Assembly (NCBI GenBank): GCA_958296045.1
Contig: CATQHT010000001.1
Span: 965,395 to 1,029,394, forward strand
From: Rhodothermales bacterium
GTDB taxonomy: Bacteria; Bacteroidota; Rhodothermia; Rhodothermales; Bin80
Reading direction: 5' to 3'
DNA length: 64,000 nt
In this document: positions 1 to 10,167 of the stretch, piece by piece
Layout: every line of letters starts with the position of its first letter
How positions within the stretch are numbered: the first letter of the stretch is position 1
Position numbers and translations under genes: made by a program
Notes under the pieces: generated by a model
The model's database searches: none
Told to the model about the DNA's origin: nothing
What the model saw: the letters and a program-made list of their open reading frames with translations, nothing else

Positions 1-1
1 T

Positions 2-817
2 CGGGCCATTGACGGTAGGTACTATTTCCATGGTGGGCTGGTAAACCGGAACTCTGTGGCTGAGGCGCTGGACCGCATTGCGCAGCGGGTAGAGTATCGA
101 GATGCCGCATCACAGGACCGCAACGTGATTCAGGACATCTTTGAGCAGTCGTTTCACCACAGAGCCTTTACCGGGCGTTCCGGGACCTTTTTCAAGTATG
201 AGGGGCTGGGAAGCATTTACTGGCACATCGTGTCCAAGCTGCTGTTGGCTGTACAGGAGGTGTATTTCCGGGGCGTGGATGAGGTCGGCGAATCTGCGAT
301 GCTGGAGGAGTTGGCCAGGCTCTACTATGGCTTGCGCGCGGGCCTTGGGGATCACAAGAGCCCGGAGGAGTACGGTGCTTTCCCTACCGACCCATATTCT
401 CATACGCCTGCCCATATGGGTGCGCAGCAGCCCGGGATGACGGGCCAAGTCAAAGAAGACATAATAGGGCGTTGGAATGAGCTTGGCGTACGAGTCCGCA
501 GCGGACGCCTCTCGTTTACTGGCGCATTGCTCAGGAGGCGCGAATTTCTGCGGGAGCCCGCACGATTCACGTATTACAACACTGATAGCAAGCGCTGCGA
601 AATTCGTTTGCCTGCCGGTGCGATTGGCTTCACGTATGCCCAGGTGCCTGTCATCTATCGTCTGGATGAAAGGCCGCGCCTTCGCGTCTGTTACCGTTCT
701 GGTTCGAAGCGGGACTGCAGCGAGCTCAGTCTGTCGGCCAAAGACAGCCGTGCGGTTTTCCACCGCACGGGTGAGGTGGCGCAGATTCATGTCCACCTCG
801 AGCCTCGCTACCGGTGA
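2..817 (+). CDS. conserved hypothetical protein, C-terminal part (5' end outside window)
   Basis: The frame is open from nt 2, with no stop upstream of the listed GTG at 56. Its TGA (815-817) overlaps the GTG start of the GH16 gene (GTGA), suggesting co-transcription. I did not recognise a family. Confidence 0.5.
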   Translation, partial: RAIDGRYYFHGGLVNRNSVAEALDRIAQRVEYRDAASQDRNVIQDIFEQSFHHRAFTGRSGTFFKYEGLGSIYWHIVSKLLLAVQEVYFRGVDEVGESAMLEELARLYYGLRAGLGDHKSPEEYGAFPTDPYSHTPAHMGAQQPGMTGQVKEDIIGRWNELGVRVRSGRLSFTGALLRRREFLREPARFTYYNTDSKRCEIRLPAGAIGFTYAQVPVIYRLDERPRLRVCYRSGSKRDCSELSLSAKDSRAVFHRTGEVAQIHVHLEPRYR

Positions 818-1617
818 GCTGGGCCGCGTTCGCACTGCTGCTATTGCTGGTGGGCACGTATGGCGCGTGCACCAATTCACCCGAGCCGTCGGCGTGGGAG
901 CTGGTTTGGTCGGACGAGTTTGATTATACCGGCCTTCCCGACAGCGCTACCTGGGGCTATGCCACAGGAGGCCATGGATGGGGCAATCAGGAGCTGCAGC
1001 ATTATACAGCGGCCAGAGCAGAGAACGCCTTCGCGCGCGATGGCCACCTGCTGATTACCGCACGGCAGGAATCATTTGGTGAGCGCGCATTCACGTCTGC
1101 CCGTATAATTACGCGTGGGCGCAAAGACATCCATTACGGCAGGATAGAGGTCCGGGCGAGGGTACCCAGCGCGCGTGGCACATGGCCTGCCATCTGGCTT
1201 ATGCCTGCCGACTGGACCTTTGCCCAGGGAGGATGGCCGGATGTCGGTGAGATTGACATTATGGAGCATGTCGGCCATGACCCGGGCATGATTCACTCAT
1301 CGGCCCATTCCAAGCGTTACCAGTGGCAGGCAGGCACCCAGAAGACGGCTGCGGTGCAGGTGCCTGATGCAGCCGAGGAGTTTCATACGTACATCCTTGA
1401 GTGGTCACCTGATGTCATTAGGACGTTTGTGGACGACACGCCGATCCTGACGTACGAGAACGAAGGCACGGGTCCCGCTGCGTGGCCATATGACAAGCCG
1501 TTCTATCTGATTCTCAACGTAGCAGTAGGTGGTGCTTGGGGCGGCGTCGTGGATACCACCGCCTTCCCGCAGGTTATGGTAGTCGATTTTGTACGAGTGT
1601 ACCGGCGATCAGACTAG
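814..1617 (+). CDS. glycoside hydrolase family 16 (laminarinase/beta-glucanase type), lipoprotein
   Basis: Lipobox-like signal LLLLLVGTYGAC. GH16 blocks WSDEFDY, TWPAIWLMP and the catalytic ExDxxE motif as GEIDIMEH. Confidence 0.9.
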   Translation: MSWAAFALLLLLVGTYGACTNSPEPSAWELVWSDEFDYTGLPDSATWGYATGGHGWGNQELQHYTAARAENAFARDGHLLITARQESFGERAFTSARIITRGRKDIHYGRIEVRARVPSARGTWPAIWLMPADWTFAQGGWPDVGEIDIMEHVGHDPGMIHSSAHSKRYQWQAGTQKTAAVQVPDAAEEFHTYILEWSPDVIRTFVDDTPILTYENEGTGPAAWPYDKPFYLILNVAVGGAWGGVVDTTAFPQVMVVDFVRVYRRSD

Positions 1618-1852
1618 AACGTCGAGTAGCTCGGAAAAGCGCATCCAAAGCCATGTCCGCAATCGATGCGGACCAGTCGCGACCGGTAGGGTGCAGGCGT
1701 AGACGGAAATTCTCACCTGCGAACGATTCAGTGTGGCGTCTGTCAGTCTTACCATGTGGGCGACATCGAGCAGTGGTAAACCTACCGAATAGGTAACTTG
1801 CGACTTGGGCCTGCCCTGTTGTCTATTACTGTCCAACTGCCAGAGCTGCACC

Positions 1853-3994
1853 ATGAAGCGTCTATCATCACTGTGCATCCTGCTCCTTGTTATGCCTACC
1901 GGGCTTGTATGGGCTCAGGCTGGCCCGCCCCTCGGCAGTGACTTCATCCTCTTTCGCAATGGAGCCAACCAGAGTATCCCTGTGGTAGGCGGGACCGAAG
2001 AGGCCGACCCTGCAGATCCTAGCGAGGTATCGCTGCGCTACGATTATGGAGAGTTTGCCTATCTCGCCTTCTCCTGGCAACCGGACGTGGGTGTCGATAT
2101 GTCTGGCAACTTAGCAGGCAGCGACATTCTTCACCTCCGGCTCAAGGTGGACCCTGCCAATGCGGGCCAGGACAGCACTTTTCTGATGCTTGAGGACAAG
2201 TCTTCCGGTCAGCCCGACGACCTGCCTATGCGTCTGGTATGGCAAATCCCGGACAGCTTGAAAGACGGCGCCTGGCACGCACTGGATATCCCGTTGCCTC
2301 CAGAGACGTGTGCGAATCTGGCCAGTGCCCGGGGCACGCTGGGGCTAGCCGATCACTGGTGGTATAGCGGTAGCTGGTCGGACTCCACACAGCGCGTTGG
2401 CGACTACGACGACCTGTGCGGTGCGACGACGAACAATCCAATGTATTGGAAGGAGTTTGAGTGGTCAAATGTCCGGTCCCTGGGCGTCTTCTGGGACCAT
2501 GCCTCTGGAGGCGGCAGCATCTGGGTGGATGATGTATACATTGGTCAACAAGGGCTCAACCTGTTTCCGGCGGATGAGGTGCCTCCCTCCATGACCGGGG
2601 TCACGGCAACAGCGCTCCCCCATGGCAATGAGATAGCATGGTCCCATATCGAGGACGTAGGCGCATACAAGGTATACGGCAGTAGCAACTACTTCACAGA
2701 TATCACCGCAGATGGCGTGTTCGATATGGGCAGGATTGTCGCAACAGGGATCGACACCAGCCTGACGCACTACTTGCAGCATGTGCACCCCATGTATGCT
2801 CCCAGCGGCTCCCACGCATTCATGCACAACCCGTACTACGCGGTAACGTCGCTCAGCCAATACGGAATTGAGAACAAGGATATCGGCGCCAGCCTAGTGG
2901 ACCCGCTCAACCTAAGCCTAGCCACCGGTCCTGTTGTGCTGCAGCTCACGGACGCGGAAGCCGACATGCTCCGGTCAGACTTCAGTGCTGGCAACGTGTC
3001 TGGGGCCGCATTTGACGACGGATGGCTGCCGTTCAAGATTAACCAGGACCGCTACAACGTGGTCGATACCCCAGAGCATCCCGAGAGCGATGACGACCTT
3101 TCTGGCACCTTCTGGGTGGGGTACACTCAAGAGAACGAGCTGTGGCTTTACGCGGAGATAAGGGACGAAGAGGTGGTTCTGCCCACCACGGGGGAGCCTG
3201 AGCGCTGGACCTATGATATCATAGAAATTGGCTGGACCAACTATGATGTACGCGATGACGGAGGCGATGTCATCTTCGGCACCCCGCACCAGGAGTTCAG
3301 GCGGGGCGAGTATGCGGACTACCAATTTCATTTAGGTGGTCAGGACGGCGGCGCATCTGCATTCGTCTCCGTGGATACGCCCTGGCGGGGTGAGGTGGCA
3401 GGGGGCGCCCTATACAGCGAATGGAAGGATGCATCGGACGTTCAGATAGGCTACAAGATTCTCGCCTACATTCCTCTCGATGCTATCCAATCCGTGAGCG
3501 ATGGAGATGTGGTGGTGGACCCTCCGGCCGCGGGCAGCGATCCGCGCATCGTCGCGATGATTATTGTGGTCAACGACCGTGACAACGGCGTCCGCCAGTC
3601 ACAGGTGCTGACATCGCTCAAGTACAACGCCGACGGCAACTGGTGGAACACACCGGCCCAGTGGGAAACCGTCAGCATGGCGCCGCGCACGTCCTACCCC
3701 ATTGCCACCGAGGCGGAAGTACCGGCGAGAGTTACCCTGGCACCCAACTATCCCAACCCCTTCAACCCGCAGACGACCATCGCTTTTGAACTTGCATCGA
3801 CGGAGCAGGTCACGTTGACCGTGCACGACGTGACCGGCCGAAACGTCTCCACCTTGCTCCGCAACCAGATCATGTACGCGGGCCACCACACAGCCCGTTT
3901 TGATGCCCAAGGGTTCGCATCTGGCATCTACATTTACTACCTTTCGACTGGGGCCGGTTTCAGGCAGGCTCGTCGAATGGTGCTTATCAGGTAG
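1853..3994 (+). CDS. secreted surface protein with T9SS C-terminal sorting domain (paralog A)
   Basis: Signal peptide MKRLSSLCILLLVMPTGLVWAQ. The C-terminus NYPNPFNPQTTIAFEL...GIYIYYL...MVLIR is a typical Por/T9SS CTD. It is roughly two-thirds identical by eye to the next gene over the N-terminal ~250 aa. The ORF track starts at TTG 1805; ATG 1853 fits the signal peptide better. Confidence 0.8.
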   Translation: MKRLSSLCILLLVMPTGLVWAQAGPPLGSDFILFRNGANQSIPVVGGTEEADPADPSEVSLRYDYGEFAYLAFSWQPDVGVDMSGNLAGSDILHLRLKVDPANAGQDSTFLMLEDKSSGQPDDLPMRLVWQIPDSLKDGAWHALDIPLPPETCANLASARGTLGLADHWWYSGSWSDSTQRVGDYDDLCGATTNNPMYWKEFEWSNVRSLGVFWDHASGGGSIWVDDVYIGQQGLNLFPADEVPPSMTGVTATALPHGNEIAWSHIEDVGAYKVYGSSNYFTDITADGVFDMGRIVATGIDTSLTHYLQHVHPMYAPSGSHAFMHNPYYAVTSLSQYGIENKDIGASLVDPLNLSLATGPVVLQLTDAEADMLRSDFSAGNVSGAAFDDGWLPFKINQDRYNVVDTPEHPESDDDLSGTFWVGYTQENELWLYAEIRDEEVVLPTTGEPERWTYDIIEIGWTNYDVRDDGGDVIFGTPHQEFRRGEYADYQFHLGGQDGGASAFVSVDTPWRGEVAGGALYSEWKDASDVQIGYKILAYIPLDAIQSVSDGDVVVDPPAAGSDPRIVAMIIVVNDRDNGVRQSQVLTSLKYNADGNWWNTPAQWETVSMAPRTSYPIATEAEVPARVTLAPNYPNPFNPQTTIAFELASTEQVTLTVHDVTGRNVSTLLRNQIMYAGHHTARFDAQGFASGIYIYYLSTGAGFRQARRMVLIR

Positions 3995-4157
3995 CACCTA
4001 CCGCAGATCGCATGGCTGAGGCTGCTGGGCTGGCTCTTCGGTGCGGGGTAGAATCGCTTGTTCGTGCGCTGGAACTTCCCGTGGCGGCTGTGCGTTTCTA
4101 ATCGCGCATGTGGTGAGTCTTTTTAACCAGCCCGTCTAACACTTGGACCGCGATACC

Positions 4158-6320
4158 ATGGTACGCTTCACCTTTTCGTTCATTGTACTCTTAGCGGCGC
4201 CAGCCAGTATTGCACTGGGTCAGGCAGGCCCTGCGCTGGGGGATGATTTCATCTTCTTCCGCAACGGCGCCAACGCGTCGCTGCCGCATGTCGCTGGCAA
4301 CCTGGAGGCAGACCCCCAGAATCCCGGCCAGTTTTCTATGCGCTATGACTATGGCGACTGGTCGTACCAGTTCTTTGGTTGGGACGCCGCCGTAGGCGTA
4401 GATATGACGGCCAACCTGAGTGACACTGATTCGCTGTTCCTGATGCTGAAGGTCGACCAGGCCAACACCAACGATAACACGTTCCTCTTGCTCGAGGACA
4501 AGACCAATGGTCAGCCCGATGATTTGCCGATGCGGCTAGTCTGGCGCATTCCGAACATGTATAAAGACGGCAACTGGCATGCGTTGGAGATACCCCTGCC
4601 GCCCGCGTTATGTGCAGATCTGGCCAGCGCTCGCGGAACCCTAGGGCTAGGAGACCACTGGTGGTATGGTGGCAGCTGGTCGAACGCGACGCAGCGCGTA
4701 GGCGACTACGACGACGAGTGCGGAGGCACGACGAACAATCCGCAATACTGGAAAGAATATGAATGGACCAATGTTCATTCGGTCGGAGTCTTCTGGGACC
4801 ACAATGCAGGTGGCGGCAGCATATGGGTGGACGATGTCTATATAGGACGCCAGGGCCTGGATCTCACCGTAGCTGACAACCCGGCGGCGGCGCTTTCTTC
4901 GGCGACGATTACGGCCATGTCGAGTGGTAACATGATATCATGGACGCACGATGCGGCCAGCGGCATCGGTGCATACAAGGTATATGGCACGGCTGTGGTT
5001 GACACCTCCGACCTGACAGGGCTGGACGCGACCATGTTCAATCAATTAGTGGAATTTGGAGCTCTCTCCTTTATGGGGCAAATTGGTGCATCAGCCAGCG
5101 ACCACAGCATAATGCACCACTTCGCATATCTGACGCCTGGCGCTGCGCAATTTAGCTCTTCGATCCCTTTCACATACGTGATAACCACGGTAAGTGAATT
5201 CGGCCTTGAGAACTATGATGGTTATATCGAGTACACTGAGAACGACATGATTGAGGAGGGGCCGTTCATAGGCCAGCTGACCGATGCTCAGACCTCTCTC
5301 CTGTTTACGAGTCTGACGTCTGGTAACGTCTCTGGCGACGGGTTTGGCGACGATTGGCCGGTATTCGAAATCAACATGAATCGTTTCAGCATTGCAGATG
5401 TGCCGACGCCGCCAGACAACGACGCCGACTTATCGGGCAAATTCTGGTTGGGATATTCCGAGGACAACGAGCTGTACTTGTATGCAGAGGTGATGGATGA
5501 CATCGTGGAGCTTCCGACCTCAGAGGATCCCGGAACTGCTCCATGGGAGTATGATGTGATCGAAATGGGGTGGGCCAACTATCAGCCGACAGATCTTTTC
5601 TTCGGGACCCACCACCAGAATATGGTACGCGGCGCAACGGCAGATTACCAGTTCCGTATCGGAGGTAAGGGCGATGGATCCCAGGCCTTTATCTGGGTGG
5701 ATCCGGGTGTTGGCGGTATTCCTACCGAAAGCGCTGCGGAGTTCTCGGTCCTCACCGATGGGAGCGGTACTGCTATCGGCTATGCCATTCTAGCGCTGAT
5801 TCCGCTGGATGGTATTCAGGATCCTGCGACGGGTGACGCGGTGGTGCTACCGCCGTTAGGACAGGAAATCGAGGGTCGCTCCATCGACATCGTGCTGAAT
5901 GACCGCGACAACGGTGCTCGCCAGTCCCAGATTCAATGGACTCTGAAATATATTGCGGATGGCCAGTGGTGGAATACACCGGCCCAGTGGGAGCCGATTT
6001 GGATGCTGGGCAATGACCAGTTTGTACTCAGTGCCGACCTCGAGCTTCCAGACGCATTCGAGTTGCAGCAAAACTATCCGAACCCGTTCAATCCGCAGAC
6101 GAACATCAGCTTCACGTTGCCGTCTGCGGAGCGCGTCACGCTGACGGTGCATGACTTGTTGGGAAGAACGGTGGCGACGGTGCTTAGCAGCCAGACTCTT
6201 GGCTCGGGTCGCCACACCTTCCAGTTTGACGCGCGAGGTCTGTCCTCAGGTATGTACGTGTACCGCCTCCAGGCTGGTGCAAACTTCACTCAGGCGAAGA
6301 GCATGGTGCTCATAAAGTAG
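4158..6320 (+). CDS. secreted surface protein with T9SS C-terminal sorting domain (paralog B)
   Basis: Signal peptide MVRFTFSFIVLLAAPASIALGQ. T9SS CTD NYPNPFNPQTNISFTL...GMYVYRL...MVLIK. It shares long blocks with paralog A (DDLPMRLVW, HWWY.GSWS..TQRVGDYDD.CG.TTNNP, GGGSIWVDDVYIG, VNDRDNG.RQSQ, WWNTPAQWE). Confidence 0.8.
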   Translation: MVRFTFSFIVLLAAPASIALGQAGPALGDDFIFFRNGANASLPHVAGNLEADPQNPGQFSMRYDYGDWSYQFFGWDAAVGVDMTANLSDTDSLFLMLKVDQANTNDNTFLLLEDKTNGQPDDLPMRLVWRIPNMYKDGNWHALEIPLPPALCADLASARGTLGLGDHWWYGGSWSNATQRVGDYDDECGGTTNNPQYWKEYEWTNVHSVGVFWDHNAGGGSIWVDDVYIGRQGLDLTVADNPAAALSSATITAMSSGNMISWTHDAASGIGAYKVYGTAVVDTSDLTGLDATMFNQLVEFGALSFMGQIGASASDHSIMHHFAYLTPGAAQFSSSIPFTYVITTVSEFGLENYDGYIEYTENDMIEEGPFIGQLTDAQTSLLFTSLTSGNVSGDGFGDDWPVFEINMNRFSIADVPTPPDNDADLSGKFWLGYSEDNELYLYAEVMDDIVELPTSEDPGTAPWEYDVIEMGWANYQPTDLFFGTHHQNMVRGATADYQFRIGGKGDGSQAFIWVDPGVGGIPTESAAEFSVLTDGSGTAIGYAILALIPLDGIQDPATGDAVVLPPLGQEIEGRSIDIVLNDRDNGARQSQIQWTLKYIADGQWWNTPAQWEPIWMLGNDQFVLSADLELPDAFELQQNYPNPFNPQTNISFTLPSAERVTLTVHDLLGRTVATVLSSQTLGSGRHTFQFDARGLSSGMYVYRLQAGANFTQAKSMVLIK

Positions 6321-6361
6321 AAGGATCAGGAGCGCGATAAAGCACGGGATACGCTGTACCT

Positions 6362-6402
6362 AAGAGCCCTGTTCATCCGTGGATGGGGCTCTTTGGCGTT
6401 TT
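6362..6402 (+). terminator. putative intrinsic terminator after the T9SS paralog pair
   Basis: An 8-bp stem AAGAGCCC (6362-6369) pairs with GGGCTCTT (6386-6393). An inner CATC/GATG helix extends it, and a T-rich tract TTGGCGTTTT follows. Confidence 0.45.
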
Positions 6403-6703
6403 GGAGCTATGCTGTCATTTAGTGTCCATCCGCAGTCAGGATGTTCTCCGTTCGTTCTCCTGGAACGGTACTGCTTGAAGTCGGTGAGATGCTCATCGTG
6501 CCCACCATGCCTGATGAATACTGTAGGCAACCGTTTCCGTGCCTCGCCCCCTACCCTATTCGGCGAACACATCCAAGGTTGCCGCGTCTCAAGACCAAAT
6601 GGGAGCCCTGGAATTACTGGCGCCAGCCGCAAGAAGTGCGGAGAAGGGATGATATTCGCGGGTGTATCTGATCACAGTTGAAGCAGCAGCAATATTTGTG
6701 CGC

Positions 6704-9694
6704 ATGACAATTCCATCAGTATTCGACGTTTGTCAGCCGCGCGAGGATGTGGTTAAAGCTAGGCTGCGTGAGGCGGACTTTGCCGCTGATCTGGCTCAGG
6801 TACTTCGAGGCAATGGCGGAGGCACGTACAGTGATGCGGGGCGCTTTTTTACGAACACGTATCCTACGGGCGGGTTGCGCAATGTTCTGACCAATGTCTG
6901 TAGCCGCCTAGGCGGCGCGGGGCACCATGTCGCAGCGGTGTTTCGCTTGGACACGACCTATGGCGGCGGGAAGACTCACGCACTCATTGCTCTTGTACAT
7001 GCCGCGAAAGGCATGCAGGGAGTACAGAATGTGCGCGATTTTATTGCGGACCCAGCACTCGTGCCGCGCGCACGAGTCCGCGTAGCTGCTTTCGACGGCG
7101 AAAACGCTGATCCAGCCAATGGCCGCGATATGGGTCAGGGAGTCCGTGCGCATACTCCTTGGGGGGAGTTAGCCATTCAGTTGGATGGGCTGCGTGGTTA
7201 CAGACGAGTCGAACGCAGCGACAAGGGAGGCCATGCCCCGGGTGCCGCGACGATGCGGGAGCTATTCGGTTCTGATCCCACCCTGATTCTCCTAGACGAG
7301 CTTGCTGTTTATGTACGCAAGGTGCAGCGCTTAGGCCAAGCTGCCGATCAGGTTACCGCGTTTCTTACGGCGTTGATCAAGGCGGTCGAAGGCGCGCCCA
7401 AGGCCGCTCTGGTATATACTTTAGCGGTAGGTAAAGACGGAAAAGCGCAGGATGCTTATAAGGAGGAAAACGAGCTTTTGGCGCTGCGCATGGCCGAGCT
7501 TGGCAAGGTGTCGGCACGAGCCGCCACGCTCTTGAATCCTACCAGAGAGGACGAGACGGTGCACGTTCTCAAGCGCCGCCTTTTCAGGTCTGTGGACGAA
7601 GAGTGCGTGGAGAAGGTCGTGGCGGCGTATTACAAAAGGTGGGATGCCAATTTACGGCAGCTGCCGCATAGCCTTTCGCTGGGGAAGGCGAAAGAAACAA
7701 TGCGGGAGACCTATCCTTTTCATCCCGAGTTGCTGAGTACCCTGACCGGAAAATTATCTACTCTAAGCAACTTTCAGCGGGTGCGTGGCATGCTGCGCCT
7801 TTTGGCTGGTACGATCGCACATTTGTGGCAGCAGCGTCCAGCCGATGCCACAGCGATTCATGTGCACCACATTGATGTAGGCTACCACCACATCCGCCAG
7901 GAGCTTACAACAAGGCTGGAGCAGAGTCGCTTTGATCCGGCGATAGATCACGACATCGGAATCAGCGGCACGGATGACGCATTAGCATCGTCGCTCGATC
8001 GCAGGTATCATGCACGTCAGCCGCCTGTGGCATCATATGTGGCGCGCACGATATTTATGCATACGCTGGCGTACCCGGACCGTTTGAGCGGCATTGCCGC
8101 GGACCATCTGATGTACAGCATTATTAGTCCAGGGCTGGATGTGGGTTACGCGGACCAAGCACGCACTCGCTTTACGCAGGAATCCGCATACCTCGATGAT
8201 CGGCCGGGAGTACCGCTGCGCTTTCAGGCCGAGGCCAACCTGAGCCAGATTATTCGGCGCGAAGCTGAACGTGTGGATGATGCGGAGGCCACTGCTCATC
8301 TGCGCGATCTGATCCGGGATACCTACAAGGCGGGGCCATTCAGAGGTGTATGCTTTCCAGGTGGTCCATACGACGTCCCCGACGACGCTTCCAAGAAGCC
8401 AGTGCTAGTGATTCTGCATTATGATGTCGGGGCGGTCGGTAGATCGGTGGAGACGGTTCCTTCCTTTGTTCAGCAGCTATACCAGCAAAAGGGGTCTGGT
8501 GGACAGTTCACCCGTGAGCTTCGCAACAACTTGGTGTTCGTGGTGGCAGATAAGGCGCAAAAGCCTCCGATGCATTGGCAGGTACGCCGCCATTTAGCTT
8601 TGCGCGCTCTCAGGAGTAAGGGGCGAATCAATGACTTTGAGCCGTACCAGCAGGAGAAGATTCGCGAGCTTGAAGGCAAGTCGGGCTTGGAGGCGGCTAC
8701 GGCTATTCAGCATTGCTATCGGCATGTGTTTTACCCGTCAGCTACGCCTTTGGAGCGGGCATCGGTGACGCTGGCGCACACGTCGATCGATCTCCCGTCT
8801 TCATCTGATCGTCCAGGAACCGGGCAGAAGATTGTTGCTCGGACTCTGAAGAATTTGAATAAGTTGCAAGAGGCTGGTGATCCGCCGCAGTCGCCGACAT
8901 TCGTTCGCGACAGGACACAGCTCAAGCTGGATGGCCGGATGACCACGGGAGCGCTGCGCGATGAGTTTCGCCGCAATCCTGTCCTCCCGATGCTGTTAAG
9001 CGAAGGGGTTTTTGAGGACTGCATACGACTGGGCATTAAGGAGGGCATTTTTGTTTATCGTGCGGGCGACCTTGTTGTAGGTCAAGGGGATCCTCCTATT
9101 GTCACTATTGACATAGATGCCCAGGCGGAGGTATTCACCGCTGAAAGCGCCAGGAGGCGGGGATTCTGGCCGCGAGAGGATGTGCCGCCAGAGCCGCCAG
9201 AGCCGCGGCCACCAGGGCCAGGGCCACCTCCAGGACCACCCGTCCGCAAGGCAATGGTTGTGAAGGAAGGCCTCCTGGAGGTTGCCCTCAGGGCTGCTTT
9301 CGAGGATGCACGGCACGAAAAGTTCGAGTCCATATGTAAGCTTACGCTGAACATCTATGACGCTCGAGATGGCTTCGCGTTGATGATGCAGGCGAAGCGC
9401 GTTACCGAGGCAACGCCGTCCATTGCTATCAAGGGTGAGTACGGGACCGACGACGGAAGCGTACTCAAAGTAGAATATGACGGCACTATGAGGGAGGCGG
9501 AACTCATTCGCGAGTTCTTGATGCGCCAGATTCGCTCCGCCAGGGAACACGATTTGCAGGTCACTATTTCGCTCCAATTCGCCAAGGATGTATCAGCAGC
9601 CAAGGATACCGCGGCCCACATTATCAAGAAGCTTACCCCGATCGGCGGGAGCATGGCGGAGGTCAGCGTGGAGCTACACCAGAGAGTGTCGTGA
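6704..9694 (+). CDS. DUF499-type P-loop ATPase (BrxC-like family), defence-associated
   Basis: N-terminus FDVCQPREDV...ADFAADLAQVLRG and P-loop context LDTTYGGGKTHALIALVHAAKG match what I know of DUF499. A Pro-rich linker PPEPPEPRPPGPGPPPGPP sits at ~9185-9245. The stop overlaps the next start (GTGA). ATG 6704 is preferred over the listed 6662 start. Confidence 0.8.
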   Translation: MTIPSVFDVCQPREDVVKARLREADFAADLAQVLRGNGGGTYSDAGRFFTNTYPTGGLRNVLTNVCSRLGGAGHHVAAVFRLDTTYGGGKTHALIALVHAAKGMQGVQNVRDFIADPALVPRARVRVAAFDGENADPANGRDMGQGVRAHTPWGELAIQLDGLRGYRRVERSDKGGHAPGAATMRELFGSDPTLILLDELAVYVRKVQRLGQAADQVTAFLTALIKAVEGAPKAALVYTLAVGKDGKAQDAYKEENELLALRMAELGKVSARAATLLNPTREDETVHVLKRRLFRSVDEECVEKVVAAYYKRWDANLRQLPHSLSLGKAKETMRETYPFHPELLSTLTGKLSTLSNFQRVRGMLRLLAGTIAHLWQQRPADATAIHVHHIDVGYHHIRQELTTRLEQSRFDPAIDHDIGISGTDDALASSLDRRYHARQPPVASYVARTIFMHTLAYPDRLSGIAADHLMYSIISPGLDVGYADQARTRFTQESAYLDDRPGVPLRFQAEANLSQIIRREAERVDDAEATAHLRDLIRDTYKAGPFRGVCFPGGPYDVPDDASKKPVLVILHYDVGAVGRSVETVPSFVQQLYQQKGSGGQFTRELRNNLVFVVADKAQKPPMHWQVRRHLALRALRSKGRINDFEPYQQEKIRELEGKSGLEAATAIQHCYRHVFYPSATPLERASVTLAHTSIDLPSSSDRPGTGQKIVARTLKNLNKLQEAGDPPQSPTFVRDRTQLKLDGRMTTGALRDEFRRNPVLPMLLSEGVFEDCIRLGIKEGIFVYRAGDLVVGQGDPPIVTIDIDAQAEVFTAESARRRGFWPREDVPPEPPEPRPPGPGPPPGPPVRKAMVVKEGLLEVALRAAFEDARHEKFESICKLTLNIYDARDGFALMMQAKRVTEATPSIAIKGEYGTDDGSVLKVEYDGTMREAELIREFLMRQIRSAREHDLQVTISLQFAKDVSAAKDTAAHIIKKLTPIGGSMAEVSVELHQRVS

Positions 9695-10167
9695 TCGAGT
9701 CAACCCCCGCAGAGGAGACCAGAGCGGCGCCGAAATATGAGTTGCGCGTGCACACTGCGGGCACGCGTACATTTGAGGTATGGCAGGTTTCATCACCTGC
9801 CACCCCGCTTATTACGAAGCCCGTGCGTATTGGGCGGCTCAAGGGGCGTAACCTTGATCTGGTAGAGCACCGCATCTTGCGAGCGCTGCAGGACGAAGGG
9901 ATCCGGTTTCAAGTTCAGAAAAAGAGTCGTACCTCGAGGGTTGAGCTATCGGAGCCACTGGCTGTGATGCTGGGGCTCTTGTTCAGGACTCTGGCACCAA
10001 TGCGCAGTCGAGCTAACATAATTGCTGTTACCAAGGGAATCGATACGATGGAGATGGTGGAAGCGGCATACTGGCTTGGGATGGCCATGCACCGCAGTCA
10101 CCCGAGGCGTGTCCTGATGGCGCTACGATGCATACTGACCCCACCAAAGAAGAAGAGAAATGGATGA
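9691..10167 (+). CDS. small hypothetical protein in the position of the accessory (DUF3780-like?) gene of DUF499/DUF1156 loci
   Basis: 158-aa ORF joined to both neighbours by 4-nt overlaps (GTGA 9691-9694, ATGA 10164-10167). It has a basic C-terminus PPKKKRNG. Family not verifiable by eye. Confidence 0.55.
   Translation: MIESTPAEETRAAPKYELRVHTAGTRTFEVWQVSSPATPLITKPVRIGRLKGRNLDLVEHRILRALQDEGIRFQVQKKSRTSRVELSEPLAVMLGLLFRTLAPMRSRANIIAVTKGIDTMEMVEAAYWLGMAMHRSHPRRVLMALRCILTPPKKKRNG

Noticed and set aside
110-880. Long antisense or alternative-frame ORFs overlapping well-supported genes. Examples: 110-880(-), 10280-10813(-), 11740-12561(-), 25314-26192(-), 27014-27934(-), 29505-30029(+), 36755-37534(-), 47751-48728(+), 58141-58838(-), 63010-63489(-).
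   Set aside because: These are typical high-GC shadow ORFs. They are Arg/Ala/Gly/Pro/Ser-rich and motif-free, and each lies opposite or out of frame to a gene with clear family motifs.
9172-9246. Proline-rich tract PPEPPEPRPPGPGPPPGPP in the DUF499 protein, considered as a separate feature or recombination scar.
   Set aside because: It is in frame and flanked by ordinary sequence on both sides. A flexible interdomain linker is the simplest reading.
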